From Lepidodermella squamata (lineage: Eukaryota; Animalia; Gastrotricha), in NCBI GenBank assembly GCA_047495785.1, contig JBLDXI010000015.1, forward strand, positions 4,278,001 through 4,342,000: a stretch of DNA of 64,000 nucleotides. The letters are read 5' to 3'. Under the pieces are notes generated by a model that was not told where the DNA came from, searched no databases, and worked only from the letters and a program-made list of their open reading frames with translations. The position numbers were made by a program, and so were the translations under genes. Numbering within the stretch: the first letter of the stretch is position 1; each line of letters opens with the position of its first letter. Below, piece by piece: positions 35,802-48,070 of this stretch.

Positions 35802-37712
35802 ATGGTGTTTCGGAGGTATAGGCAGCAACGATGCCTATATGCATTTACCCTCGCCATTTTTATTACAATCGTTCTTGGGGCATTCTTTTACCTACCAGGA
35901 GGTGGAGGACCTTCTGAGCTCTCGGAAGTTCCTGATGGTGTTTTTACCAGACATGAAGTCCCTCCCGTTGTTGAACCCGTGCCTGGAAATGAACTTCATC
36001 CTGATATAATTCACCCAAATCTACGGCCTAATGCCTCTAATATTAGAGCACACGTACCGATCAAGTCAGCCGAAGACAATAAGGGCCCTGTCGGAGAAGT
36101 TGCTCAAGATAATTCTGGTCTCGATGCCGAAAAACGTGACAAAGTTGTTGAGGTAAAGTTAAAGACTGATTTGTGCATAAACCTAGTAACTCTGAATTAT
36201 TTTAAAGATGATCAAGCATGCTTGGAACGGATATGTAAAATACGCCTGGGGAATCAACGAGGTTCGTCCAGTGACAAAGACCGGTCATACAACTCAAATC
36301 TTCGGCGGAAAGTCATTTGGAGCGACAATCGTTGACAGTTTGGATACTCTTTACATTGCCGGCCTAACCGAAGAGTACGAAAGGGCGAAGAAATGGGTTG
36401 AATCATCTTTCAAATTCGAAGGATCTTATGATATTTCTGTATTTGAAATCAACATTCGCTTCGTTGGCGGCTTTCTATCTGCATATGCGTTGACTAAGGA
36501 CGACGTCTTTCTTAAGGTATATAATTCCTTGCTGCTAATTTTGATTTTTCTAACAATGCATTCTTTTGAATTTTAGCAAGCGACGCAAGTCGCGCGTAAA
36601 CTCCTACCGGCATTCGAGACTCCTACTGGCATTCCTCGGGCTATTATCAACATCGAGAGTAACCAGGCCAGAAATTGGGGTTGGGCGTCTGGTGGTTGCT
36701 CGATTTTGGCCGAGTTTGGCACGCTTTCAATGGAGTTTTTGTATTTGTCAGAACTCACTGGTGACAATGTGTTCAGAGACAAGGTATGGAGGCAGTGATT
36801 CTTTATTAATATGATCATTTAATTTGCTCTGCAGATCACGAAAATTAATAATCACTTGAAGTCCATCGAAAAAGAAGATGGTTTGTATTCAAACTACCTC
36901 AATCCAACCACTGGACTGTGGTGCATGAGTGAGTAGAACCTAATTTACTATTGCCATTGTTAAGTCACGTCTTATTTCTAGAACACACTTCTGTTGGTGC
37001 TCTCGGTGATAGTTACTATGAGTATCTATTTAAAACGTGGAAGCAAACTAGCCATTATGAAGTCGAAATGAAGTCTGCGTACGATGCGGCAATGACCGCC
37101 ATTATTAACAAGCTGCGTCAGACTTCTGTTAAGGGCCACCAATATTTTGCTGAGATGCGTTCTGGCAGGCTTATTCACAAAATGGATCACTTGGCTTGCT
37201 TCATTGGTGGATTGATCGGTTTTTCTGCCAAAGATTCTCCCAATGAAAAGGAGTACATGGATCTAGCTAATGCAATTGGCGAGACGTGCCATATTAGCTA
37301 CAACTCAACAGACACTGGCATTGGGCCAGAGTCGTTTCATTTCGAAACCGAGGCGACTGATGCTAAAGCGTTGAAACCTGGTGAAAAGGGATATCTCCTG
37401 AGACCTGAGGTCATTGAAACGTATTTCTACATGTGGCGGTTAACTCATGACCAGAAGTGGCGTAATTATGGCTGGGAGGCTGTGCAAGCAATTGAAAAAT
37501 ATTGTCGTGCCGAAGGAGGATATTCAGGATTGAGAGATGTATATCAACTCCCGGCGCAACAAGACGATGTTCAGCAGTCATTTTTTATTGCTGAAACGCT
37601 CAAGTATTTATATCTGTTGTTCTCCCCTGATCACGTAATTCCATTGGATCAGTACGTGTTTAATACGGAGGCGCATCCGCTGCCAGTGTTCAAGCCGACA
37701 TTGCGGAACTGA
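35802..37712 (+). CDS. MAN1A: Golgi mannosyl-oligosaccharide 1,2-alpha-mannosidase (GH47)
   Basis: Type II TM anchor, MIKHAWNGY..YAWG.NE, GATIVDSLDTL, SVFEINIRFVGG, LAEFGTL, GALGDSYYEYL, MDHLACF, LRPEVIE and SFFIAETLKYLYL...FNTEAHP. Confidence 0.95.
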
Positions 37713-38998
37713 AGCAGTACCGCACCACTGCCTCATGTGATATATTGATGCTGATGTGAGTGGGGAGCTGTTGGAGAGCAAACTAATGAAGTGTAATACA
37801 TGTTTGTTTTGTCTCAACCAAAAATGATGAGCTGACTGATTGCTCTGGTCGGTCTTTCCACGGCAAAATAACTGAAGAAATTCTAAATGATTGTAATAAT
37901 CGTATGTATCATTTGCGTGTTGAAAGTGTTCTCCTCGTTTCTATTCCAAAGGCCACACCAGTTTCCAGGCGTGCTTTCAAGCCTACTAATGTTACTTTGA
38001 CAAGGCCACTTTTGATTCCCTTCTTATTATGATTTGTGGAATGAATAATTGACTATACTGTAGCCCGTTTAGTGCCATTTAACCTGACTATCGAATTATG
38101 TATAGCGAGAGAAAAGCTATTTGGATTCAGCCACTTTGTTTACGTGCTATTTCTACGAGTGTTTTATGCTTATAAATTGATTTGTCTCAAATATATCCTT
38201 ATATTTTGCGGGGTAAGTGGCTTATATCAGTTTAAACTGGGGAATGGGTTTATGGTCTAGTCAATCAGTGATATAGGCATTCTTGCGCACGACTCTTATT
38301 ATTCTTATTATGGACACTTCTAAGACCATTACTGATACATTGCTGAGCAAAACGATAGTGAGGGATGAAACAGAAAATATTATGAATAATTGCTATTTAT
38401 ATTTTCATGCGAATGCCCTATAGTTTTCGCCCTTGCCTCGTAGTATTTTCCAGTCTGGCGATGTTTCCAAATTAGCCCATCACATCCTTACTAAAAGCTT
38501 TAATAAACTGCTTTGTATTTATTGTCCGGCATTACCATAATTCATAGCCAGCTCGCCGTTTTATGTTGTGTGCAAAAATTCTCACATTTAAAATGTCGAC
38601 TCACTTGGTAAATGAGGCATGTGAGTTGATCTTCGAAAGAAGAAGTGAATATAAAGTTTGCGCGGCTGTAAGCTCAAAGAGTCATTCTGTGGATCGCATG
38701 TCCCTTATCTGAGTATATTTCTATTATACTTGCATAACCGTCCACAATTTTTGTTCCTTATTTTTGTGGGATGCTCTTTTTGATGACCTAATCACTTATA
38801 TCGCGTTGCTCTTGTTGTGCGAGACATTACTCTGAAATTGACGATCGAGATCGCTACTTGAGAGATGGAAACTACTTTATTGTATCATATCTATAAAAAA
38901 TGAATTTCACGGCGCATATTCAAATATAACAATGACGGATTAATTCATGAATATTAATTGCAAATTATTTTATTAGTGTTTTGTTTTGACTTTTTGCA

Positions 38999-40897
38999 AT
39001 GTGGCGATCACAAATTCCGAGAACCAAGGCCAATGAAAAAGTGGTTCAAGCCGAAGCTGACGACTGGGAAACCGATCCTGATTTTGTGGTAATTACTAGA
39101 CAAATACACAAGTGAACCAGTGATTCATCTCTTGTTTCAGAATGACGTGAGCGAAAAGGAGCAACGGTATGGTTCAAAAACCGTGGCGGGTTCTGGAATA
39201 GTTGGAGCTCAAAAGTAAGCTGCGTGCAATTTTTTGATGTAAATTGATATATCTGTTTTATTATTTAGTCTTGATGATTTGCGTGAAAAAGTTGTTAGTA
39301 GCAACGCCACTGCTGCTAAAAGCGAGTATAATCAAACAGCCCGGCCAATTGGTTACGGCGGCACATACGGCGTTCAGACCGACCGGATGGACAAGAGTGC
39401 CGTTGGCAACGACTATAAAGCCGATTTGGAAAAACACTCCAGCCAAAAAGATTATTCTAAGGGATTTGGGGGCAAATTTGGCGTTCAGGCTGACCGACAA
39501 GACAAGAGTGCTGAAACATTTGCATATAAGGGCCAGACGGAAAAACATTCTTCACAACAGGACTATAGCCGCGGGTTCGGCGGTAAATTCGGCGTAGAGC
39601 ATGATCGTAAAGACGCGGCAGCCGAGGGTTTTGACTACAAAGCCGATACAGAGAAACACGCGTCCCAAAAGGAATATAAAGATGGTTATGGTGGTGCGTT
39701 TGGTGTTCAAAAAGATAGACAAGATAAATCAGCTGTTGGGTGGGAACACCGCGAACAAACCGAAAAGCATTCGTCGCAAAAAGATTATTCAAAAGGCTTT
39801 GGTGGCAAATTTGGCGTTGAATCAGATCGAAAAGACGCCGCTGCTGAAGGATTTGACTACAAGGGTCAAACGGATAAACACGCGAGTCAAAAGGAGTATA
39901 AAGAAGGTTATGGTGGAACCTTTGGTGTTCAAAAAGATCGTCAAGATAAATCCGCTGCTGGTTGGGAACGCGCACCTGAGGAGTCGAAACCAGTGAAACA
40001 AGTTGTGGTGCCAACTGGTGGTGAAGATCAGAACGAGTCCGCCAAATCGATCAAAGCCCGGTTTGAAAGTATGGCGAAATCGAAGGGTGAGCCACCGATT
40101 TCGTCTGCTCCGCGTCCAGCGCCAGGTCGCTTGACGCAGCGCACGTGGCAGAAACCGGCGGAAGAGGCGCCGCAACCTCCAGCTGAACCGGTCTCTACTG
40201 AACCGGCTAATGGCCATCAAAATGGTCACTCGAATGGCCAATCAGAGAGCCATACTAACGGGCACCATGTTGAGCCAGAGCCAGTTCAAAGTTATAACAA
40301 CGGGCACAATGGTCACCAACCTCAAGAACAACAGCAACAGCAGCATAGCTCTCTTTTTGCCGAAGAGGAAGGTAAGGTTTTGCAGAGTTATTCGTTTTCA
40401 GCAAAACTGAATACTATCTTGGCTGCAGATTCAGAGCATGTTTACAATAATGATGCGGCTGTCGATCAATTGAGTCATCAATTCGCTGAGCAGGCATCTA
40501 CGCAAGCTTACGAGCAGCACGACAGTCATGTCGATACTAACTACGATGCTAACTACGATGCTTCCCAATACGACGCAACTGCTGAACAGGCGCAATCCCC
40601 AGCACAAGAAAGCAGTGTAACTGCAACTGTGCAATTCGACTATGAACCTAGTAATTAGATTGTGCTTGAATATTCTTGAGAAATTAATTATTTCTAATTA
40701 TTTCAGCTGCTGCCGATGAATTGCCTCTAGTCACCGGGGCTCTCGTCACCAATATTCAAATGGTACGTCTGCCTTCAATTTTTCTATTTCTTTAATTACA
40801 TTTATTCTTCTTTCAGGTGGACGAAGGTTGGTGGTATGGAACTTGCAATGGCGCATCTGGCCTATTTCCTGCCAATTACGTCGAGTTGAATCAATGA
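38999..40897 (+). CDS. CTTN: Cortactin (NTA DDW motif, ~5.5 repeats, SH3)
   Basis: MWRS...[10 protein letters not shown]|[15 protein letters not shown], 37-aa repeats [15 protein letters not shown], and a spliced SH3 ending [20 protein letters not shown]. Confidence 0.96.
39340..39970 (+). repeat. Cortactin 111-bp coding tandem repeats (~5.5 units)
   Basis: Repeated GG.FGV..DR.DK.A...Y....EKH.SQ.. peptide with 37-aa period. Confidence 0.9.
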
Positions 40898-41427
40898 AAG
40901 CTCATTCTTTCGAACTCGTTCCATTCATTTTAAATGCTTGCTTTATGGATACATTTCGAATGTTTTAACTAAACGATTTGATTCCGCGCATTCCTTCGTC
41001 TGCTCCCTGCAAAAATGTTGTGCTGATCCTATGGAACAAACTTCCAACGAGATGCCGCTTGATTTTTTATCATTTGCAATATTTATGTGTGTCCTCATCG
41101 TTGTATTGTGTACAGCATTGCATGTTCTTCACTCCTGCTTCTTTCCAGCTATTTTTATTTCGGGAGCCGGTTATAATGGTGAAATTTCTACACAATTGCT
41201 GGTATTGCTGCTAAAGCCTTATAGCGAAAAGGCGCCCTCTTATATTGAGAAATTTTGAAATAATAATTATTATAATTGCAGTTATATTATTGACTATTAT
41301 GGATTTATGTCGATTTTCTTTCTCATTTTGGCTTTTACGACGAAAACTGTTGAGTGGCAATATGCTATAAATTTATCATGTGCATTTCTAGTAATTAATC
41401 CGATCTCTTCATTTTTGTTTATTTTAG

Positions 41428-42542
41428 ATGGCTAATCTCGTTATTTTACCCAATGGATTACGATCACTGCTGAAAACCGGTCTTGCGGTGGCGAAATCAA
41501 CTGCCACACAGCCTAGATCATACCTAAATACATCATGCATTCTATGCGATTCAGCGAAGAAGGGCGGCAAGCCTGAAAAGCCGACAAAAACTGGTGGAGA
41601 TACAATGTAAGATTTGGTTGATCGATTTGTTTTAACGCTATTAATAATTGTATCTTTCAGTTTAACAAAACCAGTTATTGAAGCTGCGAAGGGCGTTGCG
41701 CAAGCGTTGGGAAACGAAAAAATTGAAGGCGACTTACTCGGCAAGCTTCGAGGTCTCGCCGACGAAAATCAACGGCAAGCTGTCGACCTGCCCCGCCTTA
41801 CCAACGTATTGTCTGACATGCGCATCGAACAGCAACGAATGGACCGTCCACCTCGTAAAAATCCTATTTTTCTCACGTGTCTTGGTAATTCAATTTATTT
41901 CAAACAGGTACCGAAGGATTACCTGCCCAAATCAGCAAGGCATCCGATCGAGTTATGAGAAGACCTCGCCCAGCAGATTCTTGGTGAGAAAATCATTAAA
42001 AAGTCGTATTAAATTTCATTTTTAATTACTCAAGGACTGAAATGAAGAGCTTATTTGATGCTCAGCCGTTGGGAATTTTTACGAAAGAAGACCTATCAGC
42101 GAAACCTGAGAAATCCGAGCAAAGCACCTCGCTCTTCAATAAGCTGGCGGACGAAGACGCGCGTCAAACGGCGAGAACTTTCCCTCGTAATGCATTCGAA
42201 GAGCAAATTCAATGGACCGAAGACGGGAAAATGTGGCACTTCCCTATCAACAACGAAGCGGGCTGGCATGAGGAAGCTTCGACCAGCTTTGTTGATCACG
42301 TGTTTATCGAAAGATTGCTCAATGAGCCTCAGTACAAGTTTCCGAAAAGTGGCCCAGTTCGCCATTTCATGGAGCTTGTTTGCAACGGGTTATCGAAAAA
42401 TGCGTTCATGTCAGCTAAAGAAAAGCGGTCGATTGTGGCATGGTTTTCCAATTATTTCAAGGATAAATATGCTATCGTCGATCGGGCGGTGGCCGACAGC
42501 GAAAAGGCCAAGGCGAAAGAGGCAGCCGCTGCTAGTCAATAG
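41428..42542 (+). CDS. MRPS31: Mitochondrial ribosomal protein S31
   Basis: Basic presequence-like N-terminus. C-terminal NAFEEQIQWT..GKMWHFPINNE, F.DHVF and GPVRHFMELVCNGLSKN...KEK...WF..YF. Three short introns. Confidence 0.92.
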
Positions 42543-42624
42543 TGCCCTAGATAAATTTTTGAGCAGCCAATCTGTTCACGATTTCTAATATTGATTTACA
42601 TTGATTTGTAGAGTTTTAATTGAA

Positions 42625-43197
42625 ATGTATCGAAGTCGCCTTCGAGTGCTGAAAGAAGATTTGCAGAAGCTGAACGAGAAGAAGACCGAGCTCGATGATA
42701 TTGAGAAAAACCTCGAATCCTTCATAGAAAAGCTGCGAATGGAGGAAATGATCTTGCGAAATCAGCTCAGCTTTATGAATTCTCGAATGACTGGCGATGA
42801 GCCCCAATCAAGCCTAGCAGCTACGCAATTAGTCGAACCTGTCGAAACCGCTGCTTCTAAGGTTTTCGATGAGTCGGCTGTTCTTGGTCCTCCAACTCCG
42901 GAGCCAGAAGGAATTCTTGATTCGACTGCAATTCCCGTTAGAGAACAACCCGCAGTTTCGATTCCAGGCCTTTTCGCGTTGGATGACGATCACGATGAAG
43001 CTTGGCAATCGAATCGACCGAGCAATGAGGATAGTAATGACGCTCTACTTGCTCCTCTGGCTGCTCCTCAATTACGCCTGGATCCTCGCCCGAATGTTCA
43101 CTTCAACGGTAACTATTCAGCCGAGTCTCTAAACAGTGGCGGTTACCTGGATTTTCTATTTTCAGATATTGACTTGGACATCGACGAGGACTCATAA
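42625..43197 (+). CDS. Coiled-coil/acidic protein, possible SNAPC5 (SNAP19)-like
   Basis: Single-exon ORF. N-terminal heptads SRL..L...L...L....EKLRMEEMILRNQL resemble SNAPC5 LNRLKVEELAL; acidic C-terminus. Identification is weak. Confidence 0.55.
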   Translation: MYRSRLRVLKEDLQKLNEKKTELDDIEKNLESFIEKLRMEEMILRNQLSFMNSRMTGDEPQSSLAATQLVEPVETAASKVFDESAVLGPPTPEPEGILDSTAIPVREQPAVSIPGLFALDDDHDEAWQSNRPSNEDSNDALLAPLAAPQLRLDPRPNVHFNGNYSAESLNSGGYLDFLFSDIDLDIDEDS

Positions 43198-43312
43198 GTA
43201 ACTATTAACCCCATTTTTCGTTTTATCTGCTCATTTCATAAAAAGCAAGCTTTGTCATTTTAAAATTTTAGACCAATTTTTTGCCGATTAGATTTTAATT
43301 TGAAATTTTAAC

Positions 43313-44946
43313 ATGGACTCGTTGTTGGAGCAACAAAGGCGGTATATGGAAGAGCGCGAACGGCTGATGGAAGCTATGGTTCATGAATTGATGGCATCGA
43401 AGAAAACGCCTAAAGAGGTCATCAATTCGGATCACCGTGTTCGAATGTTATTTGATCGCTTCATCGAGTCGACGGATAAAACTCGTGAAATGTTCATCGA
43501 CAAGGATGGGTACGTCAATTGAGATTGAGTTTTTGTAACCACTAATCATTCGCATTTCTATTTAGATCACGACGCGAAGAAATCGCAGCTATTGGTCCTC
43601 CGAACGAATTCACAGAATTTTACAACCGGTTGAAGCAGGTCAAGGAATTTCACAAGAAGCATCCGAATGAAGTTTTTGTGCCCATGACTGACGAATTTAC
43701 CGCGTTTGATAACGAGCGCGAGCAAGGCGCCCTGAATGAGGACCTTGTAATGTTCACAGACGAGGAAGGTTACGGTCGTTTCTTGGACCTGCACGAACAT
43801 CACACGAAATATATCAACTTGAAAGGAGCCGAGAAAATGGACTATCTCGCTTACTTGTCTGCTTTCGATCGCTTTTTCGAAATTACGAAGGAGCGAAAAA
43901 ACGCGGCGTATAAAGAATATCTCGATTCACTGCTCAATTACTTCGCTGACTACATCGCCCGTATCAAACCTTTGATTGATATCAATGACGAAATCGCTGT
44001 TGCGAATCGTAATTTTGAGAAGTTATGGAAGGAAGGCACTTTCCCTGGCTGGCCCAAGGAGCAGCAAAGTGCTATGGTTCACGGCGGTGCTCATCTCGAT
44101 TTATCAGCTTTTTCGTCATGGCAAGAGCTGTCGTCTCTTGGTCTTGATCGATTGAAATCCGCCTTAATGGCCCTCGGCCTCAAATGCGGCGGTACTTTAG
44201 AGGAACGTGCGCAGCGTCTGTTCTCGACCAAGGGCAAGCGCATCGAGGAAATCGACGCTGATCTCTTCGCGAAAGCCAAACCCGAGAAAACAGCCGGCAA
44301 GGCCAAGGATATGGACAAGTATAAGGACGTGGCGAATCTTGAGGCGCAAGTCTATCATCTAGTCGAAATGGTTAGTGAGCAACGAGCTGCAACGAAAGAT
44401 AACGTGACCCGCAAGCAGGCTCGTGGTTTGAGTGAACTTGCCGGTGAGGAAGAGGACGAAGAAGATGCTGCGGCTAATGCGATGATGAAAGACGAGGCTG
44501 ACGAGGACGACGTGCCTTATAACCCGAAAAATCTGCCGTTAGATTGGAACGGCAAACCCATACCTTATTGGTTGTACAAATTACATGGACTTAACATGTA
44601 TTTCACCTGCGAAATTTGCGGCAATTACACGTACCGAGGTCCTAAAGCGTTCCAACTTCATTTTTCGGTGAGACCAATCTGAAATTTTAGTGGGATTATT
44701 TTTTTAATTTGATTTTCGCAGGAGTGGCGCCATGCTCACGGTATGCGGTGTTTAGGCATTCCAAATACGGCGCATTTCGCCAACGTTACTCAAATCGAAG
44801 ACGCGCTCGCGTTATGGGAGCGCATTAAGATGGAGAAGGAGGTCGAACGTTTCAAAAACGAGACCGAGGAAGAGTGCGAAGATTCGATGGGCAACGTGAT
44901 CAATCGCAAGACCTACGAAGATCTTCGGCGCCAAGGCCTGTTGTAG
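43313..44946 (+). CDS. SF3A3: Splicing factor 3A subunit 3 (Prp9)
   Basis: [86 protein letters not shown] and [10 protein letters not shown]. Confidence 0.97.
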
Positions 44947-45103
44947 ACGCTGCTGCTATTGTGATCATGCCTCAATTTGTTTTACATCGCGTGCTTTGAG
45001 CTCTGTGTCTTTTGTCTTTTGTCTAATAAAACTTGCTTGCTTAAGCAAACAAATCAAACCAGCCTGTGTTTATTGCTTTATTATTCCTTAGAGTGGAAAA
45101 GCA

Positions 45104-46136
45104 ATGCCTGAATTTCTTGCGTTAATTATTGATGCCAACCCGTTGTTGTGGGCGGCTAGTGAGCCGCGTCAGTCACCCGCGGAAGATTTCGCCCATTTTA
45201 TCGATCAAATGTCAGCTTTCATCGGAATGTTTCTATCATTGGAAGGCCGAAATCGCCTGGTGATCATGACCTCGTTCGGCCCAAACAACTCCAAAATTAT
45301 AGCCGATTCCGCTCATTTAGAACCAATTGGTATGAAAATTGATAATAAAGCAGACTTTTTTCTACAAATATTGTATCAAATCAGCCAACTCTGAAATAGA
45401 GCCTCTGGTTCAAATTGGAATGCTGGAAAATATAGCTGCAATAGTTTCCAGGTTTTGCGAGGCTGTCAAGGGTCACTTCAACTCGCCCGCCAGTGAGGAT
45501 GAAGTTTCCGAGGCTTGGCAAGAGGGTTTCAATGTTGCTGGGGCTATCGGACGGGCTCTTTGTTATATAAATCGCCACTGCATTGAAGCTGCAACAGATT
45601 CGCATCAGAAGCATAACCGCCACCATCGTCAACCGTTTGGAGCAGTTGCGCCACAAGACGACGCTCGCTCGTTAGATCCGAGAATTTTCCTCGTGAAAAC
45701 TACCAAGGAAAATCAGCATCAGTACATCGATGCGATGAACAGCATATTCGCGGCTCAAAAACTTGGCATACCCATTGATGTATGTAATTTGGGCCCGGGC
45801 GAATCGGTTCTACTCCAGCAAGCGGCCGATCTCACCAGCGGCGCCTATCTCCACGTGGCGCCATCGACGCCGCTACTGCCCTACCTGTCATGGACATTTC
45901 TTTCGCCAGTTCGACTACGCGCCGTGAAGCTGTTGCTGCCTAAACAGGCTATAGTTTCTTCTCAGTTGGCTGAAAATCGAAATTCATCCGTTGTCGACTA
46001 CCGCCCGTCGTGCTTCTGCCACCGCAGACTCATCGACGTCGGGTTTGTCTGCTCAACATGCATGTCTGTGTTTTGCACATTCACACCAGTGTGTCGGACC
46101 TGTTTAACCACTTTCAAGCTCAAATCTGTGAAATGA
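45104..46136 (+). CDS. GTF2H3: TFIIH subunit p34/Tfb4
   Basis: LALIIDANP..W, ALCYINR, QYIDAMNSIFAAQK..IPIDVC, LLQQAADLTSGAY and VDYRPSCFCH...GFVCSTCMSVFC....C.TC. One intron. Confidence 0.95.
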
Positions 46137-46208
46137 GTTATTGTGAAACAACAAAATCGAAAGTTTTGCTCACTAATTTGAATTTATTTAAATAGAATTT
46201 TTAAAACC

Positions 46209-47190
46209 ATGACGAGAGATTTTGTCAATATCGCGCCGAATCGCGAGGCCAAGTTCCGCCTGATGCAATGGAATCTCTTAGCTAGGGGCCTTTGCGCGTC
46301 TGACAGTTTCCCCAAAGCCGACCCGGCCAACCTGGAATATGATCACCGTTTCTCTTTATTTATTGATACTATCAACCGGTATAAGCCTCATGTGATCACC
46401 GTGGAAGAACTCGACCAAAAGGACCTCTTGATGCAGCGCCTTGAAGGCTATCAATGCATTTACATGCCTTCCCCCGACTCACCCTGTTTATCGCTAAAGC
46501 CGCCAAGTGAATTCGGTCCAGATGGTATCGCCTTAATTTATTCGTAAGTCCAGCGTACTTTATTACGTAGTATTCGCATATTATCGTCAAATTATTGTTT
46601 TCAGGCCAAACGTGGAACTGGTGAGTCATGAATCGATTGAGCTCCCTCTGCCTCCAGATGCAAATGGCAAGCCTCGATCCAAACCTGTAATCTCTGCTGT
46701 TCTCAAATTGAAGCAACAAAACATGGCTTTTCGCGTCATCGCCGTGCACTTGAAAGCTAAGAAGCCTTTCGCTCACGTTCGCGTTGAACAATTCGCCAAA
46801 ATATTGAAATATCTAGAAAATCAGTCTGATGCATTGCCAGTCATTATATCAGGTGATTTCAATGCAGAGCCCAATGAGCCGGTAATCAACAATGCCAATG
46901 AGGCTGGTTTTACCAGTGTGATGCCTGCCGCCACGCCTTTCTCAACGGCGAAATTCCAATTCGATGGGCACGATAAGGCGAAGGTTAATCGCAACGTGCG
47001 TTTGATCGATTACGTTTTCTTCAGAAACTCAGCTGCTGCCGCGCGATCGCTGCTGCTACCTGTTGCGTATTTGCAAATGCCTGATATCGGAGAACTTGAA
47101 CCGACGCTGTTGCCTAATGCAGCGCACCCTTCAGATCATTTGCCGCTAGTTGTTGATTTTGACTTATTTTCCGACGCTGCGTCTTTTTGA
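46209..47190 (+). CDS. NOCT: Nocturnin (EEP-family NADP(H) phosphatase)
   Basis: MQWNLLA.GL, EELD, P.PDSPCL...GPDG.AL, HLKA, GDFNAEP, IDYVF and LP...HPSDHLPLVVDF. Confidence 0.85.
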
Positions 47191-47534
47191 GGCCTGCAGT
47201 GGATATGAAGCAGCAATGTACTGCTGTGATATTTTCCTGTCAACCAGGCGCAGTGTGCTAATTTGTGACGTATAGTTTTGTATCGCACACCTCCGATCAA
47301 TTGAATAAACTTACTGATTTGAGATCACGCGTCTTTTTAATTTTGGCGTTTGCGTTGTTTGTCTTGTTCCATTTTGCTATTTACGGCCAATTTACGCAGC
47401 ACACCGCAGAAAATAATGAGCTTGTTACAATTTAATAATCGCGGTGTTTGACAACCACTGCGGTTAATTTACGAACAAATACCCACAGCTAAATAAGGCT
47501 AAAAATTGGCCACAAATACTCATTTCTACCAAAA

Positions 47535-48070
47535 ATGAATCCCGAATCGAGACAAAACCGTTCACCTTCCAACAACGTTTTATGGCACCTGTTCTTACAC
47601 AACGCTCAGCTAGTTAATACATCGATGGATGCAGTTGCTCGTAAAGTTAATTCGGTCGAGCCTTTAGTGGTTAAAGTCAGCGATAGTCAACCGCCTGATG
47701 ATGCTCACGCCGATAAATCCGTAAAATCAGCAAGTCCGGATGAGAAATCGGCGAATCCTCGACTTCGCACCAATTTTTCTGCTCATCAGCTTTCGCGACT
47801 CGAACACTATTTCCGCATTTCCAACTATCCGGATTTATGGCTACGGCAGCAGATTTCCCGTGAGCTTGACATAAATGAATATCGCGTACAGGTAATGATG
47901 CAAAGCGTATCAACTTGAAATATTTTATTCATCCTTCATTTCCCTAGGTTTGGTTTCAAAATAGAAGAAGTCGATTTCGAAGGGAGCAAGCGAGAAATAA
48001 CACTATCGCAAACAACAGTCAACGCGATGACTTGACATTTACAATAGCCACGAAAATCACTAAAGTTTAA
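47535..48070 (+). CDS. Divergent PRD-class (paired-like, Q50) homeobox protein
   Basis: RLRTNFS..QL..LE..F....YPD...R..I....I.E.RVQ|VWFQNRRSRFRR, with the typical PRD-class intron (47892-47947). Stop TAA at 48068-48070. Confidence 0.88.

Noticed and set aside
39340-39970. Periodic repeats as a CRISPR array
   Set aside because: They are coding cortactin repeats in a eukaryotic gene, with no unique spacers or cas genes.
39244-40410. Several long overlapping/antisense ORFs over cortactin
   Set aside because: Shadow frames of a repetitive coding region with no motifs of their own.
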